Assembly (NCBI GenBank): GCA_024679065.1
Contig: JAGIQG010000016.1
Coordinates: 14,942,001-15,006,000 of the forward strand
Source of the DNA: Sphyrna mokarran
Lineage: Eukaryota
DNA: 64,000 nt
Direction: 5' to 3'
Both the position numbers and the translations under genes were made by a program. Below the pieces are notes generated by a model. It ran no database searches, was not told where the DNA came from, and saw nothing but the letters and a program-made list of their open reading frames with translations. Below are positions 50,181 to 63,290 of this stretch, in pieces (the stretch's first letter is position 1; the number at the start of each line of letters is the position of its first letter).

Positions 50181-50879
50181 TCTTTCTCAGTGTTGGAATT
50201 TGGAATGCAATGTCAAGCACAGATTCAATTGCAACTTGCAATGGCTAGTTGGATGAGGAGAATCAATCATAGAATCCTACAATGCCTAGGAGACCCTTCG
50301 ACCCATCGCTGTTATACCGACATATGACAAACACCTCTCCTCCCATCTAATTCTATTTACCAATAGAATCACACTGGCAAGGTATGGGGAGGAACTGTAT
50401 ACTGGGTAAGGGGCATGAGTGACCCTACCTCACTTCAACTGGAGGGGGACATTTCCAACCTGGCTCACTCATGCTATTGCAGGAAGGACGGTAGACATCT
50501 CATCCAACCTTGTTGAACCCTGAGGCTCCCATCACCCCTTGCAGGTGGCAGGATGCCAATCAACCAGCAACAATCCTTTGGCCCTCACGTGTTTGCAAAC
50601 TTCCCCTTTTCACAGTCAGTGGGTCTGACACTGTCTGCCAGGTGTTATTGACAGTTCAATAGGAATCACCATGAAATATAGCAAAAATTCAGACAAGATC
50701 TGACCAACCCAATCTTTTGAGGGGAGTCCTCAACTTTTTGCAAACCAGAAATTTTTTGTTGCGCAACAAATAATTCCTCAGCTTCAACCTAGACCAAACA
50801 TTTTCATCTCCTGATGCAATATGTTCAGAAATACACAGCCAGTCCAAAAATAGACTCCCTGTGGTCACGTGTTGTGCAT

Positions 50880-51500
50880 GCTTCAGTGAGTAACACAGCC
50901 CACCTCTGAGTCAGAAGGTTCTCAAGTTCAAATCTCACATCACAGAAGCTGAGAGCAAAATTCAAGTATCCCTCCCCGACACCAAAGAACCACAGAATCC
51001 CTACAATGTAGAAGGAGTCCATTCAGCCCATCAATTCTGCACTGACTCTCCAAAAGGCCATGTTACCTAGCCCACCCCTTCCCTATCCCCGTTATCCTGT
51101 GCATTTTACAATGGTCAATCCACTTAGCCTGCAAATGTTTGGACACTCAGAAACATTTCATATGGCCAATCTACCTAACCTGTACATCTTTGGAGCGTGG
51201 GAGGAAGCTCGAGAACCCAGAGGAAACCCACGCAAACATGAGGAGAACATGCAAGCCCCATGCTGACAGTCATTCAAGGCAGGAATTGAATCCGGGTGCC
51301 TGGCACTATGTGTCAACAATGCTAACCACTGTGCCGCCCCATAATGGAAGCCCTCAAAAAGAAAAAGAGATTAGTCTACTCATGGTCATCTTGTCCTTTG
51401 TGGGATCTTGCTATGCAAGGACCCAATATTAGAAGTATTTCATTGGACAGCAAGTGTCTTGGACAGGCTGACAGAGCGAAAGGCTGACGTGAAAATATAA
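50880..51500 (+). mobile_element. SacSINE1/DeuSINE-like SINE remnant, interrupted by an HE1-like V-SINE (about 50985-51342, -)
   Basis: Head cctctgagtcagaaggtt..gttcaaatc and tail tttgtgggatcttgct..agtatttcattgg; nested reverse V-domain ccagaggaaacccacgcaaacatgaggagaac. Confidence 0.65.
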
Positions 51501-51589
51501 CTCAAAACATCCTTCATTACATACAACATCAGAGTCCAGTAGTCAACCAACCAGCTCTTTTAATTTTGGAACAGGAAAATTGTTGCCTT

Positions 51590-51950
51590 CGTCTTATAGA
51601 AATGTAGGAAACAGTAGCAGGCCATACAGCCCTTTGAGCCTGCTCCACCATTCAATATGTTCTCAATTTATCCTTGATCCCAACACTATACTTCTACTCT
51701 CTCTCCCCAAATACTTTTAGAGTCTAGAAATCTATCTGTTTGTTTATTACTTATATTCAGTGATATGGCCTCTACAGCTTCAGTAGAATGATAGAGTATT
51801 TCACAGGTTCATCACCCGCTGAGTGAAAAGGTTTCTCCTCATCTCTGTCCTAAATGGTCTCACCTGTTTCCTGAGACTGTAACCCCACTTGTTCTATACT
51901 TGCTCCCCACCCGACCTTCCAGCTAGAGAAAACATCATCCCTTACATTAG
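51590..51950 (-). mobile_element. CR1 3' fragment
   Basis: gcaggccatacagccctttgagcctgctcc tail; gagtgaaaaggtttctcctcatctc. Confidence 0.75.
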
Positions 51951-52104
51951 CAGCTTTGCAGATGGCCAGATGAGTGCAACATGAAAAGCTCTGACAGGCC
52001 TACTTTTTTCAGCAATTCTCCCATCAGTTGGACTAGTTCCGACTTAGTGAGTTAATAAGTAAGCAAACTTGGAAGAAAGAAAGAATCAGACATGTAATGG
52101 GGAG

Positions 52105-52396
52105 ACAATGGTGTCATCATAATGTCTCAGTGAGTAATTTCCATAACCAGGCTAATGCTCTGGGGATAGGGGTTCAAACTCTACAGCAACAGCTGGTGAA
52201 ATTTAAATTCAATGAGTAAAATCTGGAATGTAAAGTTAGTCTCAGTAATGGTAACCCTGAAACTTTCATCAGTTGTAAAAACCCATCTGGTTCACTAACG
52301 TTCTTTCGGGAAAGAAATCTGCCATCCTTACATGATCTGGCCTACATGTGACTCCAGAAACACAGCAATGTGGTCAATTCTTAATTGACCCTCTGA
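52105..52396 (+). mobile_element. tRNA-derived SINE of a second shark family (name uncertain)
   Basis: B-box-like ggggttcaaactc and body aaaacccatctggttcactaa..aaatctgccatccttac..ctggcctacatgtgactccag, recalled as a common shark repeat. Confidence 0.6.
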
Positions 52397-52399
52397 CAT

Positions 52400-52702
52400 G
52401 TCACGCATTTATACTCACACTCATATTCTCACACTCATATATATTCACTCAAATGTGCGCACACACATATGTGCACAAACATACACTCATACACACGTAC
52501 ACAAATATACTCACATACATACAAGTGCGCATGTGCATACACGCCCACTCACACACATATGTGCATACACATATACAGACACATACTACATTCATATATG
52601 CATACACACTCATTCACATTTACATATACACATCCAAGTGCACATGTGCACACATACACAGTTATACACACACTTATGCATGGACAGAAATACTCTTTTA
52701 CA

Positions 52703-52769
<67 letters not shown>

Positions 52770-52770
52770 C
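52400..52770. repeat. CA-rich tract ending in a perfect (CA)n microsatellite (about 52704-52766)
   Basis: Seen directly. Confidence 0.95.
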
Positions 52771-52771
52771 T

Positions 52772-55700
52772 GATAGGGATTCTTTAGTAAGGGGAGCAGA
52801 CAGGCGTTTTTGTAGTTGAAGACGTGACTCTAGGATAGTGTGTGGCCTCCCTGGTGCCAGAATCAGAAATATTACTGAATAGTTGCAGGGCATTCTGAAA
52901 TGGGAGGATTATGGGTTAGTGGCTGTGATACATGTTGGTACCAACAATAAGGGAAAATGAGAAATGAGGTCTTGCATCAAGAATTTAGGCAGTAGATTAA
53001 AAAGCAGGGGCTCAAAAGATTGTAATCTCTGGATTGTTCCTGGTGCAGTGGGCTAGTGGGTAGAGAAATAAGAAAATAGAGTAGAAGAGTTAAGGGTGCA
53101 GAATGACATATGGAAGTGTGATATTGTTGTCATCAGAAAAACATGCCTGAGAGAAGGGCAGGACTTCCAACTCAATATTTTGGGGTTGAGGATCTTTAGG
53201 CATGATAGAGGAGAGATGGTGTACCACTATTAAGGAGTCAATTACTGCAATAAGGAGTGATGATATCTTGGGAGAGTCTTCAAACGAGGCTTTCTGAGAT
53301 AGGTTTTAGGTATATAAAGCAAGTAGCCACATGAATGGGAGTATATTATAACCCTCTCCCCCTCAAAGAGTCAGTGGGAATTAGAGGAACAAATATGCAG
53401 GAAGTTCACAGTGATGTGTAAGAGTAATAATCAAGGACCAGTACTAGCAGGCACTCGAATGTGGCAACTAGGAGATTTTCACAATAACTTCATTGCACTG
53501 TTAATGTAAATCTACTTCTGACATTAATGAATAAACTTTAAACTTTATCTTTGGGATATTATAATATTGGTTCCAATTATACTAGGGGATTTCAACTTTC
53601 CCAACATAAGTTGGTATAATCATTGCGTTAAAAGTTGAGGGGATGGATTTTTTGAAATGTATCAAGGGAATTTTTGTGTCGATATGTAGAAGGAATGGAT
53701 CAATGTTGGATCTGGTTCTGAGGAACGAAGCCAGACAAGTTTTCAAAGGGGCAGTGGGGGAGCATTTTAGCAATAATGACACAACACGGTACAATACAAA
53801 TTTATTATGGACAAGGAGAAAAATGGCCAGCAAAAGATGGCTTCACTTTGTGGAAAGCATACTTTTTTATTAAAATAAGGCAGGATCTGGCTAAAGTCGG
53901 AATAGCTCCTTGCAGGTAAGTCTACAGTAAGCAAAGCACTGTGGGATATTCAAAAAGGAGCTGGGGAGATTACAGGTCAAATATCCTTGAGGAAAAATGT
54001 AGGAGCAATAGTTCAGAGAACCCTAGATGTCTAGAACAATTCAGGAGTGGATAAGGAGGAAAAGAAGGCTTCTGGCAACTCCAAAGGGAGCAATTCAGCT
54101 GTGGCCCTCAAGGAATATAGGAAGAGCAAGAAGGAACTTAAGAAAGCAATTGGAAGAGCAAAAAAGAGACATGATGAAGGACTTGTGAACGGGATTAAGA
54201 AGAACCCTAAGGTATTTTATAAATATGTTAAAGGGAAAAGGTTAATCAGGGAGAGAAAGGCCCATTATTTGGTTTAGATAGGGTGGACAGTGATAGCCTT
54301 TTTCCTAGGATGGAGAAAGCTAGCACGAGGGGACACAGCTTTAAATTAAAGGGTGATAGTTATAGGACGGATATCAGAGGTAGGTTCTTTACCCAAAGGG
54401 TGGTTCGGGAGTGGAATGCCCTGCCTGCAGCAGTTGTAGATGCGCCAAGTTTGGTGGCGTTTAAGAGGTTAGTTGATAAGTATATGGAAGAGAAGGGAAT
54501 GGTTTAGTTTGGAGGGGCATTGCTTTTTATATTGGTCGGCGCAACATCGAAGGCCGAAGGGCCTGTTCTGTGCTGTAATGTTCTATGTTCTATGTTCTAT
54601 TATGGACAAAGAGAGCAATCTGTATGTGAAGCGACAGCATATTAGAAGGGTGTTAAATGAATACTCCCCTTTGGTATTCATTCAGTAAAAGGAGAACATA
54701 CGTACAGAATTCAGGAACTGTGAGGAACTTGCATAGTTTGACACAGGAAATAGGGAAGTTCTGGAAGCTCTGATGGGGCTAAAAACAGACAAATCCCAAG
54801 TTCAGGATGAAGTGCATCTCAGGCTGCTGTGGGCGATGAGGAAGAAAATTGCAGGGTCTCTGGCACAAATATTTAATTCATCCCTAGCCATGGGGGAAGT
54901 GATAGGGGGCTTGTTCAACTTTTCAAGAAGGGTGGTAGAGATGAGCCAGGAAATTACAGACCAGTAAATCTCATGTCAGTGGTAGGGAAACTATTGAAGA
55001 AAATTCTGAAGAAGAGAATTAATATCCATTTAATTAATCACGGGTTTAATTAGAGAAAGTCAGCATGGCTTTGTCAAATAAACTTGTTAGAATTTTTTGA
55101 AAATGAGATCGTGAGTGGATGAGGGAAGTTCAGTTGATTTAGTTTATGCTGATTTTAGCAAAGCTTTTCATAAGATCCCACATGATTGAAATGGTTAAAG
55201 TATATGGAATTCAGGGAAACTTGGCAAGATGGATCAGAAACTGCCTTAATAATAAGACACAAAATGTAATGGTAGAAGGCTTTGGAGTGAATGGAGTCCG
55301 GTGTCCAAAGGTGTATCACAAGGTTCAGCACTGGGACCTTTATTGTTTGTTATATGCACAAATGACATTGATGATAATGTGGGAGGAGAAAGTTAAGCAA
55401 GTTTGCAGGTGACACCAAGATTGGTAGGGAGGTTAATAATGAAGAAGATGGTTGTAGATTACAGGAAGATATAGGTGGGTTGGTCAGATGAGCAGAGCAG
55501 AGGCTATTTAACACTGATAAGTATGAAGTGTTACACTTTGGAAGAAGAAACAAGATGAGGGAGTATTTAATGAATGGCAGAACAGTGGGTAGCTCAGAGG
55601 AACAGAGGGATTTTGAGATACTTATTCAAGACCCCTGAAGGCGGCAAAGCATATATGAATAGGATAGTTAAAAATGTATGTGGGACACTCGCTTTCATCA

Positions 55701-56240
55701 GTTGTGGTATAGATTATAAGAGCAAGGAGGTGATGCTGGAGTTGTACAGAACATAATATAGGAAGGATGTGAGGAGATTTTCCATGATGTTGCCTGGGAT
55801 AGAGTATTTGAGCTATCGGGGTGACTAGATAGGCTTGGATGTTTTTTCTAGAACAGAGAAGGCTGAGGGGGAAGGTTGGGGGGAACTATGATTGAAGTGT
55901 ATATGATTATGAGGGGTATGGATAAGGTGACTAGGGAACAACTGTTCCCCTTGGTTGAGGGGGCAATCACTAAGGTTCATAGTTTTAGGCTGAGGAGATT
56001 CAGAGGGAATTTAAGAAAAAACTTCTTCACTCAGAGGATGGTAGGAATCTGGAATGCACTATCTGGGAAGGTAATGGAGGCCAGAAATCTTACAAGCTTT
56101 GAGAAATATTTGAATCAGTATTTGAAACATAATATTCAAGGAAATATGACAAGTGCAGGAAAATGGGATTAACATGACTTTAGTGGTTGTTATTGTAGGT
56201 GCAAACTTGATGGGCTAAAGGACCTTTACTGCACTGTATG
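52772..56240 (+). mobile_element. Long, old CR1 spanning the ORF1 esterase end, endonuclease, RT and tail; contains nested insertions at about 53435-53545 (SINE tail) and 54270-54600 (younger CR1 3' end)
   Basis: IGDSLVRGADRRFC-like ..VCGLPGAR (GDSL esterase of CR1 ORF1), GDFNFP, LDLVL, KKNPKVFYKYVK, FFTQRMVGIWNAL. Confidence 0.88.
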
Positions 56241-58287
56241 ACACACGCACAGAAATAGACACGTACACATGCACAAACACATGCCCACAAACATTGGGGG
56301 GTGGGGGGGGATTGGGTTGGTGTTGCTGTGGTGTGTGTGTGTGTGTAGCTGCCAGATACAGGAGCGCTGGAGTTATGCAGTGATCCAGGCCACAAGTACT
56401 TAAGGTAGAGTGGAGGAAGGGGATTTTGTAGAGTGGGGAGGGATCATGGGATGAGGTGCGGAGGCAGGTCACTCCAGTCTGACTTTGGACTCACAGAATG
56501 TGGTCAACTCTTCACCTTCTGAAATGGCTGAGGGAGACACTCCATGGAATCAAACTGCTCAGAACTATGGGTGCACCTACACTTCAGGGGCTGCAGTGGT
56601 TCAAGAAGACGGCTGACCACCACCTTCTCAATGGGCAACTAGGGATGGGCAATAAATATTGGGCCCAGTTAACGACAGTCACATCCTGTGAATGAATTAA
56701 AAAAAACATTGTTTAAGTTGGAGATGAGAAGTTTCTTCTCTTTGAGAAAGGTTAGTCTGTGGAATTGCCTCTCTCAGACAACAGTAGGGGCGGCAGCTCA
56801 TTGATTACATTGAAGGTTGGATTAAGCAGATTTTGACTGACACGGGAGTTGAGAATTGGGAGGTGCGGAGGTGGTGTTCGGGCAGCAAAGTAGAGTTGGG
56901 TTCACAACCAGATCAATCATGGTCTTATCGAATAGCACAGCAGGCTCAAAGGACCTATATGTCCTTATGTCTCACATTTCTGTCTCCTTAGCTTCACCCA
57001 CATTTTGATTCCAAGTTAACTGACTGAGTACCCACTGATTTTTGAACATGCAGAGGGAATCGCCTCATAAGAAGTGTCAGAGGGCAGCTCTCAAACTTGG
57101 AATGTCGAAGACGAGTTGATTGTATGACAGAAATGTGTTTCCCTGGATTAGGACGAGGCCTGAGCTTCTGTCTGCTAAAGCCACTCTCTGCTCCCTGCAC
57201 AATGCAGAACCATACAGCACACCATGTATCAAAAATGCCCTCAGAGTTAGAACTGCCATCATTTAGACTCACGCAACATGGGGAACACAGCCACAACGCC
57301 CAACACCCTTTGCTGGAGGGTTAATGAACTTCAAGACAAAATGAGACACCTAACCAGACGCTGAGAGAACTAACAAGAAACTTCAAATAAAAAGTTTGGG
57401 TATAAAGAGCCTTATAAAGAAGGGAAAGAGAGAGAGAGCGCGAGAGGCAGAAATGTTTAAGGTGGGTATTCCTGCCAAAGTTTGGGGTTGGACAGCAGAA
57501 AGGAGAGGTTGGGTCAAAACATCGGAATGATCAAAAGATTGAGAAAGATTCACTTTACAAATGAAAACTTTCCCAGAAGTTGATAGGAGATTGGAGAAGG
57601 TTACAGAGACAGGAAGGATTGCAGAAAGTGAAGGAGGTTACAGAGATAGGGAGGGTCATAGGGAATGGAGGAGGTTACAAACATAGGGAGGGCTGTAGGG
57701 CTGCAAGAAGTTATAGCTATAGAGACAGTTGTAGAAGCTCGAGGGAGTTACAGTGATAGGAAGGCTATAAGGGCTGGAAGAGGCTATAGCTATATGGAGG
57801 TTGTAGGGACTGAGGAAGTTAGAGAGACAAGAAGGTTGTAAGAGTTGAAGGTTACAGCAATAGTGAGGCTTGTAGGGGCTGGAAGAGGTTACAGAGATGG
57901 GGAGGTTGCACGGACTGGTGGAGGTTTCAGAGATAGAGAATAAGGAAGTGATACTGTGCTAATTATAGCACATTGTTCAGTACCTGAACTCCAGAGACTG
58001 GAATTTTACCCTCAGCCACACGCCATGATGTTCACTGGCACCAACAACAACTATCCAATTTCCCGAGTGCAGGCTTGTCTGAATTGCCCAGAACTGGGTT
58101 TGCTGTGCTACCGGAGAGGGTTGTAGATGGGCCACTCAGAGAGAGAAGTGATGTCTCTGGGCTGCTTGTGATAGTGGGAGTGGGCAGCCTGATTCAGCTT
58201 CTGGGGGTGTGTTGGAAGAAATGTGTTTCACTAATCCCACAAGTAGCAGCCTCCACTCCACGCTGCGCTTCTAAGCAAATCAGCTCA

Positions 58288-58295
58288 ATTTGCAT
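58288..58295. promoter_or_regulatory. Octamer ATTTGCAT(AT) in a unique-looking island (57960-58330)
   Basis: Perfect motif; a single site could be chance. Confidence 0.3.
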
Positions 58296-58559
58296 ATGGT
58301 GGGGCAGTGGGTAGGGAGGTAGTGACAGGCAAGAGAGAGATAAACCAGCCACATCACAGAACACAGAGCACTGCTGGAATATTAAAATCACTCTCTCCAG
58401 CTCCACTGACACACTCTCAAACTCTGTCAGCATTTACCTCTCAAACTTCACCCCATTCAAATACTAACCCACTCATCAGCAATACCCAACTGCACCAAAT
58501 AGTCACAATACTTGCTACCATTCCAATTAAAGCTATCACTCATTGCCAACCTCTCATGC

Positions 58560-59167
58560 CTGATTAACCCGTTCCATGATTAACGCATTCCACAATTAAT
58601 GTACTCCACAATTAGCTGTCCCTAAGTAACACGCTCCTTCATTAAAACACTTCCTGATTAATAGATTTCTTGATTTGCATGCTCCCTGATTAACACATTC
58701 CTGGGTTAACATGCTCGCAGATTAATGTATTCCCTGGTTAACATACTCTCTGATTAACATATTCCCAGGTTAACGTGCTCCCAGATTAACACACTCCCTG
58801 GTTAACATGCTCCCTGATTAACACGTTCCCAGGATAATATGCTCCCAGATTAACACACTTCCTGGTTAACAACTCCCTAATTAACACATTCCCAGGATAA
58901 TACGCTTCCAAATTAATATACTCCCTGATTAACACACTCCCTGATTAACAAGCTCCTTGATTAACGTGTTCTCTGATTAACATGCATCCTGGTTAATACT
59001 CTCCCTGGTTAACACGCTCCCTTATTAACATGCTCCCTGATTCACACACTCTCCGGTTACACGCTCCATGATTCACATACTCCATAATTAACACACTCCC
59101 TGATTAACACACTCCTTGATTAACACACTCCCTGGTTAACATGATCATCACGTTGCCAGATTAACAC
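58560..59167. repeat. About 17-18-bp minisatellite CCCTG(A/G)TTAACACACT
   Basis: ttaaca recurs with short regular spacing. Confidence 0.9.
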
Positions 59168-59182
59168 CTTTTTTGATTAGCA

Positions 59183-60132
59183 ACTCACTGTCTGGCATCC
59201 TCATTTTCTGGTACTCTCACTGTCTGGCACCTCACTGTCTGGGACCCTCACTGTCTGCGGCCCTCACTCTCCGGGACTCTCACTGTCTGGCATCCTCACT
59301 GTATGGGACGCTCACCATCTGGGACACTCAACGTCTGGGACCCCTCACCGTCTGGGACCCCTCACCGTCTGGGACCCCTCACCGTCTGGGACCCCTCACC
59401 ATCTGCAATCCTTACTAATCTGGGATCCTCACTGTCTGGGAGCCTCACTGTCTGGGATCCTTATGACTGGGATCCTCTCAGTTTGAGATCCTCACCGTCT
59501 AGGATCCTCACCGACCCACCACCCACCTCTGGAGTCCTCACTATCTGGGATCCTCATGTCTGAGATCCTCACCGTCTGAGATCCTCACCGTCTGGCATCC
59601 TCACCGTCTGGCATCCTCACCGTCTGGCATCCTCACCGTCTGGCATCCTCACCGTCTGGGATCCTCGCTGTCTGGGATCTTCACCGACTCGCATCTTCAC
59701 TGTGTGGGATCCTCATTGTCTGGGAACCTCACCGTCTGGGAGCCTCACCGTCTGAGATACTCACTGTCTGAGATACTCACTGTCTGGGATCCTCACTGTC
59801 TGAGATCCTCACTGTCTGAGATCCTCACCGTCTGGCATCCTCACCATCTGGCATCCTCACCATCTGGCATCCTCACCATCTGGCATCCTCACCATTTGGG
59901 ATCCTCACCATTTGGGATCCTCACCATTTGGGATCCTCACCATCTGGGATCCTCACCATCTGGGATCCTCACCATCTGGGATCCTCACTGTTTGGGATCC
60001 TTACTGTCTGGGATCCTCATGTCTGGGATCCTCGCTGTCTGGGATCTTCACCGGCTCGCATCTTCACTGTGTGGGATCCTCATTGTCTGGGAACCTCACT
60101 GTCTGGGAGCCTCACCGTCTGAGATCCTCACT
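59183..60132. repeat. 16-bp minisatellite TCTGGGATCCTCACCG; related diverged block CTGGGACCCTCACTCA at 60345-60610
   Basis: Direct periodicity. Confidence 0.95.
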
Positions 60133-60947
60133 GTTGCTCATCAAAAAGGATACTTCAATTGCAAGCAATTAAAAAACTTAATTCTGTAAGTAAATTTTTA
60201 AAAAGTTTTAATAAAGAAACTTCATTACTCCTACCTTTGAAGCCAGACTCTGGGCCATATAAGCTCTCCACAATTCTCATCTGCTTTTTACTTATACCAC
60301 GTCAGCTCACGGTATGTTACCATCTTTTACATAATCACAACTACATGGGACCCTCATTCTCTATGACTCTCACTCACTGGGGCCCTCACTCACTGAGTTC
60401 CTCATTCGCTGGGACCCTCATCGCTGGGACCCTCATTCACTAGGACCCTCACTCATTGCGACCCTCACTTTCTGGGATCCTCACTCACTGGACCCTCATT
60501 CATTGAGGCCCTCACTCGCTGGCACTCTCACCTGCTGGGGTCCTCACTTGCTGGGACCTTCACTCACTGGGAACCTGAGTATGTCTAACTCTCTATGACC
60601 CTCACTGGTAAGGAACTTTAGTCTCTGAGACCGTCATTAGCTGAAACCCTCAGATTCTGTGACCCTTGTCACGACCCCCCTTAGGCTGTCTTACTCCCTG
60701 GAGTGTCTATGTTCAGTTTCTTCTAGAACTACAAAGAGGAAGGGAGGTCAAATCTTAATTTAGATGCACAGATAGTCACAGGGGAACTCCCTACAATTCA
60801 CATTGAGATTCTCTCACACAAACCTCAGCCTGTCCTGTCTGATAAGCTGACAAGTCACTCCTATTGACCAAAACCCCATTGACTACCTCCCAGAAAATCA
60901 GGACAACATTCCATTCATCCACACTAGTCAGCACAGTTAATGGGGAG

Positions 60948-61470
60948 CAGGAGTACAGTGTGCAGTTCTGGTCAATACATTATAGAAAGGATGTGATTGC
61001 ACTGGAAGCAGGTGTGGAGGAAATTCACCAGGATGCTGCCTGGGATGGATCATTTAAGTTATGAAGAGAGGTTGGATAGGCTTGGGCTGGTTTCATTGCA
61101 GCAGAGAAAACTGCCGTGTGACCTGATTGAAGTGTACAAGATTATGAGAGAAAGAGTTGATGTGTAGCAGGTATTCTCTTTAGTTGAAAGTCACAAGGGG
61201 ATACAAGTTCAAAGTGAGGGACTGGAGATTTAGGGGGATGTGAGGAAAACCAATTTTGCGCAGAGGGTGGTGACAGTCTGGAATGTGCTGCCTGAGAGGG
61301 TGGTACAGGCAGGTTTAAAAAATAACTGGATGAGCACTTGGCACATCATAACATTCAAGGTATGGGCCAAGTGCTGGTAAATGGGATTAACTGGGAGGTC
61401 ATGTGTTTCTTGTGTGTCTGTGATGAGGTGAAGAGCCTCTTCTGCACTTCTTGATTCTTTTATTCTATGA
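60948..61470 (+). mobile_element. CR1 3' fragment
   Basis: EYSVQFWSIHYRKDVIALE; cagagggtggtgacagtctggaatg. Confidence 0.85.
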
Positions 61471-61519
61471 GTTATCACAGTATTAAATAGATTCGGGCAC
61501 ACTATCCAAATAGGAAACA

Positions 61520-63290
61520 GTATCCCAGTACACATTACAGATCACATCACCCCTGCCTGCAGACAAGTATTGATCACCCTATCCTTTTCCCAGTATAGAT
61601 CACCCTGTATTCCAGTACAGACCATCCTGCATCGCAGTACAGATGACCTTATATCCCAGTACAGATCACCCTTTCTCCCAGTACAGATCACCCTTTCTCC
61701 CAGTACAGATCACCCTTTCTCCCAGTACAGATCACCCTTTCTCCCAGTACAGATCAGCCTGTATGCCTGTAAAGATTACCCAGTATCTGAGTACAGATCA
61801 CCCTGAATCCCAGTAGAGATTACTTTATATCTGAGTACATATCAGTTTGCATCCCAGTACAGATCATCCTGTATCCCAGTACAGATCATCCTGTATCCCA
61901 GTACAGATCATCCTGTATCCCAGTACCGATCACCCTGCATCCCAGTACAGATCACCCTGCATTCCAGTACAGATCACCCTGCATTCCAGTACAGATCACC
62001 CTGCATTCCAGTACAGATCACTCTTTTTCCCAGTACAGATCACCCTGTATCCCAGTACAGATCACCCTGTATGCCTGTAAAGATTACCCAGTATCTGAGT
62101 ACAGATCACCCTGAATCCCAGTAGATTACTTTGTATCTGAGTACATTATCAGCCTGCATCCCAGTACAGATCATCCTGTATCCCAGTACAGATCATCCTG
62201 TATCCCAGTACCGATCACCCTGCATCCCAGTACAGATCACCCTGCATCCCAGTACAGATCACCCTGCATCCCAGTACAGATCACCCTGCATTCCAGTACA
62301 GATCACTCTTTTTCCCAGTACAGATCACCCTGTATCCCAGTACAGATCACCCTGTATGCCTGTAAAGATTACCCAGTATCTGAGTACAGATCACCCTGAA
62401 TCCCAGTAGATTACTTTGTATCTGAGTACATTATCAGCCTGCATCCCAGTACAGATCATCCTGTATCCCAGTACGGATCACCCTGTATCCCAGTACGGAT
62501 CACCCTGTATCCCAGTACAAATCACCCTGTATCCCAGTACAAATCACCCTGTATCCCAGTACAAATCACCCTGTATCCCAGTACAAATCACCCTGTATCC
62601 CAGTACATATCACCCTGAATCCAAGTACAGATCAGCCTGCATCCCACAGATCAGCCTGTATCCCAATATAGATCACCCTATTTCCCAGTACAAATCACCC
62701 TGAATCCCAGTACAAATCACCCTGAATCCCAGTACAAATCACCCTGTATCTAGTACATATCACCCTGAATCCCAGTACAGATCACCCTGAATCCCAGCAC
62801 AGATTACTCTGTGTCCTAGTACAGATCACTCTGTTTCCCAGTGTAGATCACTCTGTTTTCCAGTACAGATCACCCTGTCTCCCAGTACTGATCACTCTAT
62901 CCAAGTACAGATCATCCTGTATCCCAATACAAATCACCCTGCATCCAGTACAAATCACCCTGTATTCCAGTACAGACTACCCTGTATACCAGCACAGATC
63001 ATCCTACATCCCAGTAAGATCATTCTATATTCTAATACGGATTGCCTTGTGTTCCAGTTCAAATGACTTTGTATGCCAGTACAGATCACCCTGTATTGCA
63101 GTACAGATTGCCCTGTATCCCAGTAGAAATCACTCTGTCCCAGTACAGATGATTCTATATTTTAGTACGGATCACTCTGTGTCCCAGTACATATTTCTCT
63201 ATATTTCAGTGCAGATCATTCCGTATCCCAGTACAGATCTTTCCATATTCCAGTATAGATTGCTCTGTATCCTAATACAGATCATTCTAG
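61520..63290. repeat. 22-bp minisatellite CCCAGTACAGATCACCCTGTAT with higher-order blocks
   Basis: Direct periodicity. Confidence 0.96.
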
